Position numbers and translations under genes: made by a program. From the NCBI GenBank assembly GCA_963662545.2, contig CAXXLL010000003.1, positions 1,312,001 to 1,376,000 of the forward strand: a stretch of DNA of 64,000 nt, in the 5' to 3' direction. Each line of letters starts with the position of its first letter. Positions within the stretch are counted from its first letter, which is position 1. Below are positions 29,064-38,861 of the stretch, piece after piece. This DNA comes from Gammaproteobacteria bacterium. Its GTDB lineage: Bacteria; Pseudomonadota; Gammaproteobacteria; Ga0077536. Below the pieces are notes generated by a model that made no database searches, was not told where the DNA came from, and was given only the letters and a program-made list of their open reading frames with translations.

Positions 29064-31211
29064 ATGGCTGCGAGAAGGCCACGCGCCCGCAAAGGCACTA
29101 ACTGGATAGCGCTCGACGCCGGCGGCACCCTGACTGACGCCGTCATCGTTGATAAGCAAGGGCAGTTTCTGGTCGGCAAACATCTGACCAACAAACAGGA
29201 CGAATCACAAAGTTTCCTCGGCGCGATCAGAGACGCTACCGACACCGCGGATCGCGACCTCGACCAGACGCTTGGCGCAAGCGACGTCATCGTCTACGCC
29301 GGTACCATCATGTTGAATACCCTGCTCAGCAAGACCGGTGCCAAAGTCGGTCTCATGGTCAGCCAGGGCTTCGAAGACTATCTGCTGATGGAGAAAGGCG
29401 AAGGCTCCTGGATCAGCTATCCGTATTCCGATCGCCTGCATACCGTGACACACCACCACGCGGATCCCACGATCCCGCGCAACCGTATCGTCGGCATCCA
29501 GGGGCGGCTCGATATGTTCGGCGGCGAAGTCATCCCGCTGCGGAAATCCGATGTCGAAGAACAGACCCGGGTGCTAATCGATGAAGGCGCCGAATCGATC
29601 GCGGTGATGTTCCTGTTCTCACACATGGATCCAGTGCATGAACAACTCGCCGCCAAACTCATCCGTAAGATCGATAAAAAAATTCCGATCATTCTCTCTT
29701 CCGAAATCGCCCCCACGCACAAGGAATACACCCGTCTGTCGAGCGTGGTCGCGCAGGCCTATGCGGGTGAGCGTGCGCGAACCCATTTCAAGCGGGTCGA
29801 GGCGCAAGCGCGCGCCCATGGGTTCAACAAGGAAGTGTCCACGCTTCTCGCACACGGTGGAACCGTTCCGATCAGCACCAAGCGACTCTACGAATCCTAC
29901 GTCTCGGGTCCCGTGGGAGGGGTACTGGGCGGTCACTACGTGGGCGAAATCATGGGCTCGGGCAACGTCGTCGGCTGTGATATCGGCGGCACCAGTTTCG
30001 ACGTCGGCATCATTCGCGACGGTATCATCCCGATCATCCGCGAACCGACCTTGCTCAGTTTCCGTACCAACATCCCGATGATCCATACCGAGTCGATCGG
30101 CGCCGGCATGGGCTCAGAACTCGACGTGCATCCGCTGACCGGCAAATTGACGGTCGGGCCGAAAAGCGCGGGCTCCGACGTCGGACGCTGTCTCAATTGG
30201 GACTTACCGACCGTCACGGACTGCCACATCCTGCTCGGCTACCTCGACCCGAACAATTTTCTCGGCGGCGACGTGCCGCTGGATCTGGATGCCGCGGTCA
30301 AAGCGCTCGAACCGATGGCCAAGCATTTCAACACCAAGACCTACGAATTCGCGGAACGCGCCCATCTGCTGGTGTGCGACTACATGAAGGAATTTCTGGT
30401 CAACATGCTGCGCGGACGCGGCTACGACATCCACGAATACGTTCTGATGATGTACGGCGGTGGCGGACCGCTAGGCCTTGCCGACGTCGTCGAGGGACTG
30501 GAATTCAAGGACATCGTCACGTTTCCGTTCGCCGCCGTATTCTCCGCCTTCGGCGTGCTATGCGCGCCGCGGCGCTACCGCTACCACCACAGCATCGTAG
30601 CGGGCTGCCCGCCGGGCGTGGACGATCACATCGTGGGGGTCAAGCAAGCGGCGATCGAATCCATCAACGCCACCTGGAAGCAACTGGAGGCGCGCGCCAA
30701 AGCCGATTTCAAAGGGCATGGCTGGAACTTCAGCGACGCCAAGCTCAACCATTTTGTCTACGTCCGCTTCACCAACCAGTTATCGGACTTCGAGGTGTTG
30801 TGGGACAGCCCGCGGCTCAAGTCGACCGCCGAGCTCGACCAGTTGATGAAACGTTTCGAATCGGTCTACACCACGATCTATCCCGAACAGGCACTGGAGT
30901 CGGAATCCGGCTACCAGATTCTCGAGGTGGCGCTTGCGGCCGACATCGACACGCCTAAGCCGAAGATCCCGATCATGACGATGTCCCGCAAAAAGCCGCC
31001 TTCGGCATCCGAAAAAGGATCGCGCAAGGTTTACTATCGGGGCAAACGCCGCGAATTCCGCGTTTACGAAATGGACGAGCTCAAGGCCGGCAACGTGGTC
31101 AACGGTCCCGGCATTATCGAGCATCCGGCGACGACGTTTTATATACCGCCCGGGCATCACGCCGCATTCGACAAGCGGCGCCTGATTCACTATCGCAAAG
31201 GCACGAAATAG
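29064..31211 (+). CDS. acxA: Acetone-carboxylase beta-subunit-like protein (hydantoinase A/oxoprolinase family)
   Basis: LDAGGTLTD, SGPVGGVLG, DIGGTSFDV, YGGGGPL, GPGIIEHPATT; 715 aa. Confidence 0.88.
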   Translation: MAARRPRARKGTNWIALDAGGTLTDAVIVDKQGQFLVGKHLTNKQDESQSFLGAIRDATDTADRDLDQTLGASDVIVYAGTIMLNTLLSKTGAKVGLMVSQGFEDYLLMEKGEGSWISYPYSDRLHTVTHHHADPTIPRNRIVGIQGRLDMFGGEVIPLRKSDVEEQTRVLIDEGAESIAVMFLFSHMDPVHEQLAAKLIRKIDKKIPIILSSEIAPTHKEYTRLSSVVAQAYAGERARTHFKRVEAQARAHGFNKEVSTLLAHGGTVPISTKRLYESYVSGPVGGVLGGHYVGEIMGSGNVVGCDIGGTSFDVGIIRDGIIPIIREPTLLSFRTNIPMIHTESIGAGMGSELDVHPLTGKLTVGPKSAGSDVGRCLNWDLPTVTDCHILLGYLDPNNFLGGDVPLDLDAAVKALEPMAKHFNTKTYEFAERAHLLVCDYMKEFLVNMLRGRGYDIHEYVLMMYGGGGPLGLADVVEGLEFKDIVTFPFAAVFSAFGVLCAPRRYRYHHSIVAGCPPGVDDHIVGVKQAAIESINATWKQLEARAKADFKGHGWNFSDAKLNHFVYVRFTNQLSDFEVLWDSPRLKSTAELDQLMKRFESVYTTIYPEQALESESGYQILEVALAADIDTPKPKIPIMTMSRKKPPSASEKGSRKVYYRGKRREFRVYEMDELKAGNVVNGPGIIEHPATTFYIPPGHHAAFDKRRLIHYRKGTK

Positions 31212-31244
31212 ATCGCTGTGCCGAGTTACGAGACGATTAATGAA

Positions 31245-31302
31245 TCGCCCGCAAGCCGGCCCCTACAACATTGCCTCCGTAGGAGCTCGCTTGCGGGCGA
31301 AC
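31245..31302. repeat. Inverted doublet of GTAG-family REP elements
   Basis: TCGCCCGCAAGCCGGCCCCTAC...GTAGGAGCTCGCTTGCGGGCGAAC, between acxA and acxB. Confidence 0.75.
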
Positions 31303-31330
31303 AACGCTACCAGATGAAGGAAATCCTTCC

Positions 31331-33562
31331 ATGACCAAGCACATGACCTTATTGGAACGCCTCGACCTGTCCGAAAAGCTTTACGAGCAGACCGGTCATT
31401 ACCAGGGTCTTAAAAAGCTCGCCGTACACGACAAGGATCCGCTCAAGTTCGAGGCGTTTCACTCGCGCCTTCTCTCGACCATCATATCGGTGCGTGAAAC
31501 GATGAAGTACATCGCCTCGTCGCCGGCCATTCGCGACTTCGAGGAGTTCGTCATCGGCCTGTATACACCCGAAGGCGATGCCATCGCACTTTCGACCGGC
31601 ATCATGGTGCACGTGCACACCCTGTCTGAATTCATCAAGTTCATGATCCGCAACGACTACGAGGACGACCCCTGTATCCGGCCCGGCGATATATTCGAGA
31701 ATAATGAATCATGGGCGGGCGGCGTGCACACCCCGGACGTCATGACTTGCATCCCCGTCTACCACGAGGGCGAACACATCGCGTGGATCGGATCGGTGTC
31801 GCACGAGCTCGAATCGGGGACCTACGAAGGTCCGGGCATGACCGTATTCTCGCCCGATCGTTTCGGCGAGGGCCTGCACATCAGCGCCGAGAAGGTCGGC
31901 GAGAACGACCATTTCAGGAAAGACTATTTCATGCGCCTGAAGATGGGCCTGCGCAATTCGAATTGGTGGCGGCTGGACGACAAGGCCAAGCTCTCCGGCT
32001 GCCTCATGATCCGCGAGGCGCTCGGCAAGATCATTGCGCAGTTCGGGATCGACTATTACAACCGGGGCACCAAAGAACTCATCGAGGAAGGTCGCCGGAA
32101 TTTTATCAAGCGCGTTAAAACGACGATGGTGCCGGGAACGTATCGCGGTATGACCATGCCGGTACACCGCCGCTCGCACCTGCCTTTTACCCATCCCCTG
32201 GCGAAGGGTGATTTCATCGACCTGGTACCGAACGAGATGACCATCACGAAGGACGGCCACATCGAGCTCGACTTCGAGGGCGCCACGAGCTGGAGTTTCC
32301 ATCCCTTTAACTGTGCTGTCGGCCCCATGAACGGGGGCTTCTGGATCACCCTGACCCAGTTGTTGAACTACGACGGGCGCGTCAACGACGGCGCCTACCT
32401 CGCCGTCACGCAGTATCTCCCGGAAGGCTCGATCGTGAACGCCAATTACGCCGGCGCCGCGACCTCGCTGGCGTGGTGGACGCTGATCCCGATTTTCGCG
32501 CAGGTCTGGCGGATGTTCGGCATCAGCTGGTTTGCGCGCGGGTTCACCGAGGAGATCATCATGTCGACCCCGACCTGCATCGTCGGCGTCGCCGGCTTCG
32601 ATCAATACGGCGAGCAGCATGGCTTCCAGAATTTTGAGATGGCCGCCGAATCCTGCGGCGCGCGCGGCGTCGCGGACGGCGTCGACTGCGGCAGCCCGAT
32701 CTGGAACTCCGAAGGGATACAGGGTGACGCGGAAGTCTGGGAGATGACCGGGCCCAACGTGTACCTCGGCCGCAGCTTCGTACCAAACCACCATGCGCTC
32801 GGACGCTTCCGCGGCGGTGTGGCCTGGGAGTCACTGTGGGTGGTGCGCGGTTCGCGCTTGGTCAACGTAACACTGTCGGCCTCGGGCGTGCATAACGGCG
32901 GCATCTTCCACAAGGGTCTGTTCGGCGGCTACCCGGCGCCCGGCTGGAAATGCCTGTGGGTAAGGGGTTCGAACCTCGCAGAGATCATCGCCCGCGACGA
33001 CAAGGTTCCGAGCAGCATCAACGAAGCCGAAGCGATGCTAAAGGACGGGACTTTGACCGCCGAGGAATGGTATTGCGGGCCGCTCAACACCTGGTCGCCC
33101 AACCTGTCCGATGGCGATTTATTCGGGGTGAACTACAACGGCGGCTGCGGATACGGCGATCCGATCGAACGCGACCGTGCTCTGATCGAAAAGGACCTCT
33201 TCAACGGCCTGACCACGCCGGCATTCGCGCGCAAAGCCTACGGCTATGCCAAGACCGAGAAAAAGACGGCGGAGCTGCGGGCGGCAATTCGCAAGAAGCG
33301 CTTGGCCGAGTCGGTGCCGGCTTCGCAATGGTGGCGAAACGAGCGTAAACGCGCGCGCACAGGCGAGGTCGGCAAGATTGCCGCGCAGACCTTTGCACGT
33401 TCAGCGCAGATGTCCGACATGATCAAGGACAAATATCTGAAATTCTGGCAGCTCAAGAAATTCCCTTATACCGACGCGGGCAACATCGACTTCCGTACGA
33501 CGGCGCCGACGGGATTTTATTACCCGAAATCGCCCGTAAAGCAATACCAGAAACCGGCCTAA
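31331..33562 (+). CDS. acxB: Acetone-carboxylase alpha-subunit-like protein (hydantoinase B family)
   Basis: LSTGIMVHVHT, metal ligands HTPD and SHELE, GGCGYGDPIER. Confidence 0.88.
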   Translation: MTKHMTLLERLDLSEKLYEQTGHYQGLKKLAVHDKDPLKFEAFHSRLLSTIISVRETMKYIASSPAIRDFEEFVIGLYTPEGDAIALSTGIMVHVHTLSEFIKFMIRNDYEDDPCIRPGDIFENNESWAGGVHTPDVMTCIPVYHEGEHIAWIGSVSHELESGTYEGPGMTVFSPDRFGEGLHISAEKVGENDHFRKDYFMRLKMGLRNSNWWRLDDKAKLSGCLMIREALGKIIAQFGIDYYNRGTKELIEEGRRNFIKRVKTTMVPGTYRGMTMPVHRRSHLPFTHPLAKGDFIDLVPNEMTITKDGHIELDFEGATSWSFHPFNCAVGPMNGGFWITLTQLLNYDGRVNDGAYLAVTQYLPEGSIVNANYAGAATSLAWWTLIPIFAQVWRMFGISWFARGFTEEIIMSTPTCIVGVAGFDQYGEQHGFQNFEMAAESCGARGVADGVDCGSPIWNSEGIQGDAEVWEMTGPNVYLGRSFVPNHHALGRFRGGVAWESLWVVRGSRLVNVTLSASGVHNGGIFHKGLFGGYPAPGWKCLWVRGSNLAEIIARDDKVPSSINEAEAMLKDGTLTAEEWYCGPLNTWSPNLSDGDLFGVNYNGGCGYGDPIERDRALIEKDLFNGLTTPAFARKAYGYAKTEKKTAELRAAIRKKRLAESVPASQWWRNERKRARTGEVGKIAAQTFARSAQMSDMIKDKYLKFWQLKKFPYTDAGNIDFRTTAPTGFYYPKSPVKQYQKPA

Positions 33563-33573
33563 GGGGACGAACA

Positions 33574-34083
33574 ATGGCAACACAAGCACAAAGCGATAAA
33601 GAAGTGACCCGCGCGCTCGTCCGCCGCGAGCTGGGCTGGCCGGAACTGTTCAAGCTGATGCGCGAACCAAAATCCGAAAACCGCTTCGACGATATGCTCG
33701 CGGCGATGCAGGAGATCGTGCCGTGGAAAGAGAAGATCCTGATTCCGCTTGGTGAAAACCTCTTCATCGTCGCCAAGAACGGCAAGGCCATCATCAAGAC
33801 CATGGCGGGCGCCGAACTCTGCGCCTGGAACGAGAACTGGAAGATGAAATGCCGTGTCATCATCAGAAAGACGACGGCGGATCTGAAAAAGGTGTTCCCG
33901 GCGGAACACCTCACCATCGATAGCAAGCTGGTCGAGATCCGCGAGTGGATCTGTCCCAAGAGCGGCATGCTGCTCGACGTCGACTGCGTGCCGCCGACCT
34001 ATCCGGTCGAGATCGACTTCACGCCGGATTTAAAGACGTTCTATGAAGATTGGCTGGGCCGGAAACTTCCCGTAAAACTCTGA
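33574..34083 (+). CDS. acxC: Acetone-carboxylase gamma-subunit-like protein
   Basis: 169 aa; ILIPLGENLFIV, ENWK, REWICP, DFTPDLKTFYEDWLG. Confidence 0.85.
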   Translation: MATQAQSDKEVTRALVRRELGWPELFKLMREPKSENRFDDMLAAMQEIVPWKEKILIPLGENLFIVAKNGKAIIKTMAGAELCAWNENWKMKCRVIIRKTTADLKKVFPAEHLTIDSKLVEIREWICPKSGMLLDVDCVPPTYPVEIDFTPDLKTFYEDWLGRKLPVKL

Positions 34084-34092
34084 CATTAAGGG

Positions 34093-35349
34093 TCAGCCGC
34101 TACAGTGAGGCTCCAGATTGACGACCAGTTCCGATGCAGTCTTAAATCGACCGTCGGGATCCTTGGCCAGGAGTTTCTCGATGATCGGCTGATATTGCGC
34201 CATTTCGTCCGGCAGCTTCGGGACTTCTGCATATAGGTGCTGGTAGATGAGCGCGCCGGGCGAGGAAGCGTGAAACGCCTTCTTGCCCGTCAACATTTCG
34301 AACAGCACCATGCCTAGCGCGTAGAGATCCGTGCGTGCATCCACCTTGTGGCCCAGGCCCTGCTCCGGGCTCAGGTAGCTCAATGTTCCGATCACAGCGC
34401 CCGTCTTGGTCAGGTTCCAGGAGTCGTCGAGATGCTTGGAAATGCCGAAATCAGCCAGCGCCATGCTGTCATCCGAACGGAACATGATGTTGCCGGGCTT
34501 GAGATCGCGGTGCACGATGTCGAGTGAATGAATTGCCTCCAGGCCGTATGCGATGTTAAGCCCGTAGATGAGTGCTTCTTCGGTGCCGATGCCATTTTCA
34601 ATCCGGTGCTTCAGATCGCCGCGCGTGAAAAACTCGACCGCGATATAGCCGTACGACGGCGTGAAGCCGTGATCGAAAAACTTGATGACGTAGGGGCTGT
34701 CAATGCTCGCGATCAGGTCCGCCTCCCGCGCAAAACGCTTGACGAACGAAGGGTCGTCGATGCCTTCGAGGTTGAGTATCTTTAAGACCATGGTCTGCTG
34801 GTCCCGCAGCCGTTCGGCGAGGTAAACCCGGGAATGCGCGCCCTGGCCGATGAGCCGCACGAACTTGTAGCCGTCGGTATCGCCCCCGTCGGATGTCTCG
34901 GCAAGCTTGCGAACGATCTCGGTGTCCCGTTCGAATGCCATCGTGGCAATTGATATTGGCCGGGTCGGCGGCGTCTCGCCCACACCGAGACCCGCGAGCA
35001 GTTTATGCAGCCGCTCGGCGTCGAGTTCCGCGCGTAGCACGTACGCCGTCGCGTCCATCTCGTGAACCTTGCTTTCGATGAAGGTATCGTCGTGTTCCGC
35101 GATGAGGATCGTGGGCGGCAGCTTGGCGCGCTGCCTGAAGGAAGCCAGCCAGGCGAGACCGCTTTCGGTTCCATCCAGGCGATCCTCGATCAGGAGCAGA
35201 TCATAGATCGACCAATCGAAATCCGGGCCCGGCTTACCGATCTGATCCGGATCGTGCTCGGTGACTTCGATGTCCGGCAGACGATCGGCCAGCATGCGCC
35301 GCAATCGACCCATGTAGTCCTTGGAATCGCTGATGATGATGACACGCAC
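34093..35349 (-). CDS. Hanks-type Ser/Thr kinase with an N-terminal receiver-like domain
   Basis: IGQGAHSRVY, VLK, HRDLKPGN, DFG, YLSPEQ, DLYALG. Confidence 0.92.
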   Translation of the reverse strand: MRVIIISDSKDYMGRLRRMLADRLPDIEVTEHDPDQIGKPGPDFDWSIYDLLLIEDRLDGTESGLAWLASFRQRAKLPPTILIAEHDDTFIESKVHEMDATAYVLRAELDAERLHKLLAGLGVGETPPTRPISIATMAFERDTEIVRKLAETSDGGDTDGYKFVRLIGQGAHSRVYLAERLRDQQTMVLKILNLEGIDDPSFVKRFAREADLIASIDSPYVIKFFDHGFTPSYGYIAVEFFTRGDLKHRIENGIGTEEALIYGLNIAYGLEAIHSLDIVHRDLKPGNIMFRSDDSMALADFGISKHLDDSWNLTKTGAVIGTLSYLSPEQGLGHKVDARTDLYALGMVLFEMLTGKKAFHASSPGALIYQHLYAEVPKLPDEMAQYQPIIEKLLAKDPDGRFKTASELVVNLEPHCSG

Positions 35350-35398
35350 CGCGCTTACCTAGTCCGGTTTTCCGACCAGGCCGGTCTGTTGATGGACG

Positions 35399-35608
35399 TT
35401 AATCGGCTGCATGCAAAAAGTAAGCTCTGTTTTCACCATTGCCCTTAAAGAACACGCCGCCATTTTCGATTTTTAGCTCAAGCTGCTTCGACAGCGCAGG
35501 CCAATATTCCGAATCCTGGTAGCAAATCCGGGGTAGTTCAAAACGCTCTTTGTCGTACCTTCGAATGGCCTGACTATACGGGGACAATCGCGAGTAGCAA
35601 TGAACCAC
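35399..35608 (-). CDS. Possible small hypothetical protein or gene remnant
   Basis: 69-aa ORF in an otherwise intergenic region; no motif. Confidence 0.25.
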   Translation of the reverse strand: MVHCYSRLSPYSQAIRRYDKERFELPRICYQDSEYWPALSKQLELKIENGGVFFKGNGENRAYFLHAAD

Positions 35609-35935
35609 GGCTCATTTCAGGCCCGTCGCCGACTGCGGACGCGCGGCTAGTAATGCTAGCGGCCCGAGGGCGTTATTGCTTGAAAATTGGTTTTAGTGGG
35701 GCGCCCCGACGCACGGAAATCCCTGATATGTGGTACGCCGTGACATCGCGCGAAATATCCGGGAATCCGGTGTAGCCGGCTTTTTCCGGCGGCATCGCTG
35801 CAAAACAAAGACAAACGCGCTCTGCAATAAGGGAACACCGGCCCGCGAATCGCACCGGATTCACCTTGATCGGGAGTCAGCTACGTCATATGTTCGGTCT
35901 GGTCGACCCGCGGGCCCAATTTTTAGGAGACCTGG

Positions 35936-37219
35936 ATGATTTCTGAAGGCCGCCCCAGACAGAATGCCTCGCAACTCGATCTCGATCACTTTCAGTGGAC
36001 GGATAGTGAAGCCCGGACAGTACCTTACGCCGTGTTTACTGATCCCGGGATCTTCGAACGCGAACAACAGCGGATCTTTCGAGGGCGGACCTGGAGCTTT
36101 GTCGCGCTGGAAGATGAAATCAAATCATCGGGCGATTTCAAATCCACCTTCATCGGCACGACACCCGTGGTCGTGACGCGCACACGTGAAGGCAGTATTG
36201 CAGCGTGGATCAACCGGTGCGCCCACCGCGGTGCTCTGGTCTGCCGCGAGCTGCGCGGCAATTCCCGCGCACACCGCTGCGTCTATCACCAGTGGACTTA
36301 CGACGAAAGCGGGCGCCTGCGCGGCGTGCCGTTTCAAAAAGGCCTCGGCGACAAGAGCGGCATGCCCGAGGATTTCGACATGGCGCAGCACAGCTTGACG
36401 CCGGTTCGCGTAGAGAGTTATCGCGGGCTCATTTTCGGCACCTTGAGCGATGACAGTGAATCATTGACGGATTACATCGGCCCGGAAATGCTGCCCTGGG
36501 TCGACCGCATTTTTCACAAACCGGTCGAATATCTCGGTTGCACGCGTCAGTACTCGTATTCCAACTGGAAGCTCTACTACGAGAACGTCAAGGATCCCTA
36601 CCACGCCAGCCTGCTGCACCTGTTCCATACGACCTTCAACATCTACCGGTCAAACATGCAAGGCCGCACGATCACTAATTCTCGCAACGGCCTGCACTCG
36701 ATCATCACGACCGTCCCGCTGGCAGACGACGAAACCGCGGAAGAATATAAAAAGCAGGACATCTCGACCTACCAGGATAATGTCAAACTCGCCGACCCGA
36801 GCGTGCTCACGGTTCGCACGGAACTCGAGGAGCAGACCAGCAACAATATCCATACGCTCTTTCCAAGTACGGTCATCCAGCAGATCCACAACACCCTGGC
36901 AGTCCGCCAGGTCCTGCCGAAAAGTGCGTCGGAGTTCGAACTCATCTTTCATTTCTTCGGTTATGCCGATGACGATGCGGAGCTACGCGCAATGCGTCTC
37001 AAGCAGGCCAACCTGGTGGGACCGGCCGGCTACATTTCGATGGAAGACACCGAGGCCACCGAACTCGTGCAACGGGGCATCGAATCCGCCGGTCCCGAGG
37101 CGGCCTCGTATCTCGGTATGGGTGACGAATCGCGAGACCAGCAGGCAAGCCTCATTACCGAGCACATGATTCGAAGCTTCTGGTCGGGTTACCGGGAATT
37201 GATGGGATGGGCGCATTGA
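35936..37219 (+). CDS. Rieske aromatic-ring-hydroxylating oxygenase alpha subunit (salicylate/anthranilate-type)
   Basis: CAHRG...CVYH Rieske motif; ENVKDPYHASLLH and SMEDTE mononuclear Fe ligands. Confidence 0.93.
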   Translation: MISEGRPRQNASQLDLDHFQWTDSEARTVPYAVFTDPGIFEREQQRIFRGRTWSFVALEDEIKSSGDFKSTFIGTTPVVVTRTREGSIAAWINRCAHRGALVCRELRGNSRAHRCVYHQWTYDESGRLRGVPFQKGLGDKSGMPEDFDMAQHSLTPVRVESYRGLIFGTLSDDSESLTDYIGPEMLPWVDRIFHKPVEYLGCTRQYSYSNWKLYYENVKDPYHASLLHLFHTTFNIYRSNMQGRTITNSRNGLHSIITTVPLADDETAEEYKKQDISTYQDNVKLADPSVLTVRTELEEQTSNNIHTLFPSTVIQQIHNTLAVRQVLPKSASEFELIFHFFGYADDDAELRAMRLKQANLVGPAGYISMEDTEATELVQRGIESAGPEAASYLGMGDESRDQQASLITEHMIRSFWSGYRELMGWAH

Positions 37220-37692
37220 CGCTTGACGGCGATCTCTACTTCCGCGTCGATCGTCTGTTCGCAGAATACTGCGCCTGTCTCGACGAAGGCGAGCTCGAAA
37301 GTTGGCCGGATTTATTCGTCGAGGACAGTCTCTACCAGATGATCTCCCGCGAGAACTATGCTCAAGGCCACCCCATTTCGTTGATGCTGCTGGATTCGAA
37401 AGGCATGATGCTCGACCGCGTCTATTCCCTACGTAATGCCAATATTTACCAACCGCACCGATACCGGCACGCTATCTCTGGCGTACGGATCACCCAGCAG
37501 GATGACGAGGCGATCGACGTGTCGTCATCCTACATCGTCGCCCAGACCCTGACCGACGGCACCACGGACCTCTACCAGGCCGGCAGTTACTATGATCGAC
37601 TGGTCGACGTCGAAGCCGGCTTGCGCTTCAAGGAACGCATCGTCGTCTACGACACGTCGCGCGTCAAAACGCTGTTGGCGACACCGATATAG
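37207..37692 (+). CDS. Ring-hydroxylating oxygenase beta subunit
   Basis: WPDLF, RENY, MMLDRV, LLATPI terminus; overlaps the alpha subunit. Confidence 0.92.
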   Translation: MGALTLDGDLYFRVDRLFAEYCACLDEGELESWPDLFVEDSLYQMISRENYAQGHPISLMLLDSKGMMLDRVYSLRNANIYQPHRYRHAISGVRITQQDDEAIDVSSSYIVAQTLTDGTTDLYQAGSYYDRLVDVEAGLRFKERIVVYDTSRVKTLLATPI

Positions 37693-37772
37693 TTAGGGGT
37701 CAGGCGATTAATGACGGCTGGCGCGCGACGCGCCAGCCTTATCGAATTATTTCATCAAACGGGAGAATCACC

Positions 37773-38678
37773 ATGGCGAGCCCCCAGGCGCAACAACTCA
37801 AGGAAACTTTTCGTGAATTTCGCGATGCGAACTTCGCGAACCCCGATGCGACGCTCGAGGAAATGCGTGCGAATGCCGTGGGATTCGGTGAACTGACCAG
37901 CGAACCGGACGGCGTTCGCAGCGAACCGGTAGATGCCGGAGGCGTACCGGCGCAATGGGTCATTCCCGACGGCGCGGCCGAAGACCGGGTGTTGCAGTAC
38001 GTACACGGCGGCGGCTACGTGCTGATGTCAGCCGAAACCCATCGCAAGATGGTCGGCCACATCGCCAAGGCGACGGGCTGCCGCGCGCTCAATGTCGATT
38101 ACCGCCTCGCCCCGGAGCATGCACATCCGGCGGCAGTAGAAGATTCCGTCACCGCCTATCGCTGGCTGCTCGCGCAGGGTTTCGAACCCGGGCATATCGC
38201 CATCTCCGGCGACTCCGCCGGCGGCGGCCTGTGCATTGCAACGGCGCTCAAGATCCGGGACCTTGACCTTCCCCTGCCGGCCGCGATCGTACCGATCTCG
38301 CCCTGGACCGACATGGAAGGCACCGGCGAGTCGATGAAAACGCGCGCCGACGTCGACATGATCGTGTCGCCCGATGCGATCATGCAATTGTCCGGCGTAT
38401 TCCTGGGCGGCGCCGATCCGCGCGATCCTTATGCCGCGCCCCACCACGCCGACCCGGCGGGCTTACCGCCCACCTACATTCAGGTCGGCGACGAGGAAGT
38501 CTTGCTGGACGACGCGGTCCGTTTCGCCGACAAGGCCAAGCAGGCCGGCGTCGACGTCACCCTGGAAATATTTCCCGAAATGCAGCATGTCTTCCAGATC
38601 GCGGCGGGCAATCTGCCGGAGGCGGATGAAGCGATCGCCAAGATCGGCGCCTGGTTGAGAATGAAACTTGATCTTTAG
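37773..38678 (+). CDS. HSL-family (family IV) esterase
   Basis: HGGGY, DYRLAPEH, GDSAGG, HVF. Confidence 0.93.
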   Translation: MASPQAQQLKETFREFRDANFANPDATLEEMRANAVGFGELTSEPDGVRSEPVDAGGVPAQWVIPDGAAEDRVLQYVHGGGYVLMSAETHRKMVGHIAKATGCRALNVDYRLAPEHAHPAAVEDSVTAYRWLLAQGFEPGHIAISGDSAGGGLCIATALKIRDLDLPLPAAIVPISPWTDMEGTGESMKTRADVDMIVSPDAIMQLSGVFLGGADPRDPYAAPHHADPAGLPPTYIQVGDEEVLLDDAVRFADKAKQAGVDVTLEIFPEMQHVFQIAAGNLPEADEAIAKIGAWLRMKLDL

Positions 38679-38704
38679 GGACGATCGAGATCTGAAGCGG
38701 AGCA

Positions 38705-38781
38705 GAAAAGGGATAGATTTAATTGAATCAAGACGGAGCCAACCATACGGGACGAACTTGCCAAATAAATCTATCCCCTTT
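38705..38781. repeat. Inverted pair of GGG(G)ATAGATTTA REP-like arms
   Basis: AAAGGGATAGATTTAATTG ... CAAATAAATCTATCCCCTTT. Confidence 0.65.
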
Positions 38782-38861
38782 GGACGCCCCGCAAGTAATG
38801 GGCCTGCCATACCGCGACGGGATCACCCTCGTACGCAAAGGGCCCGTCCTATAAGCCAATC

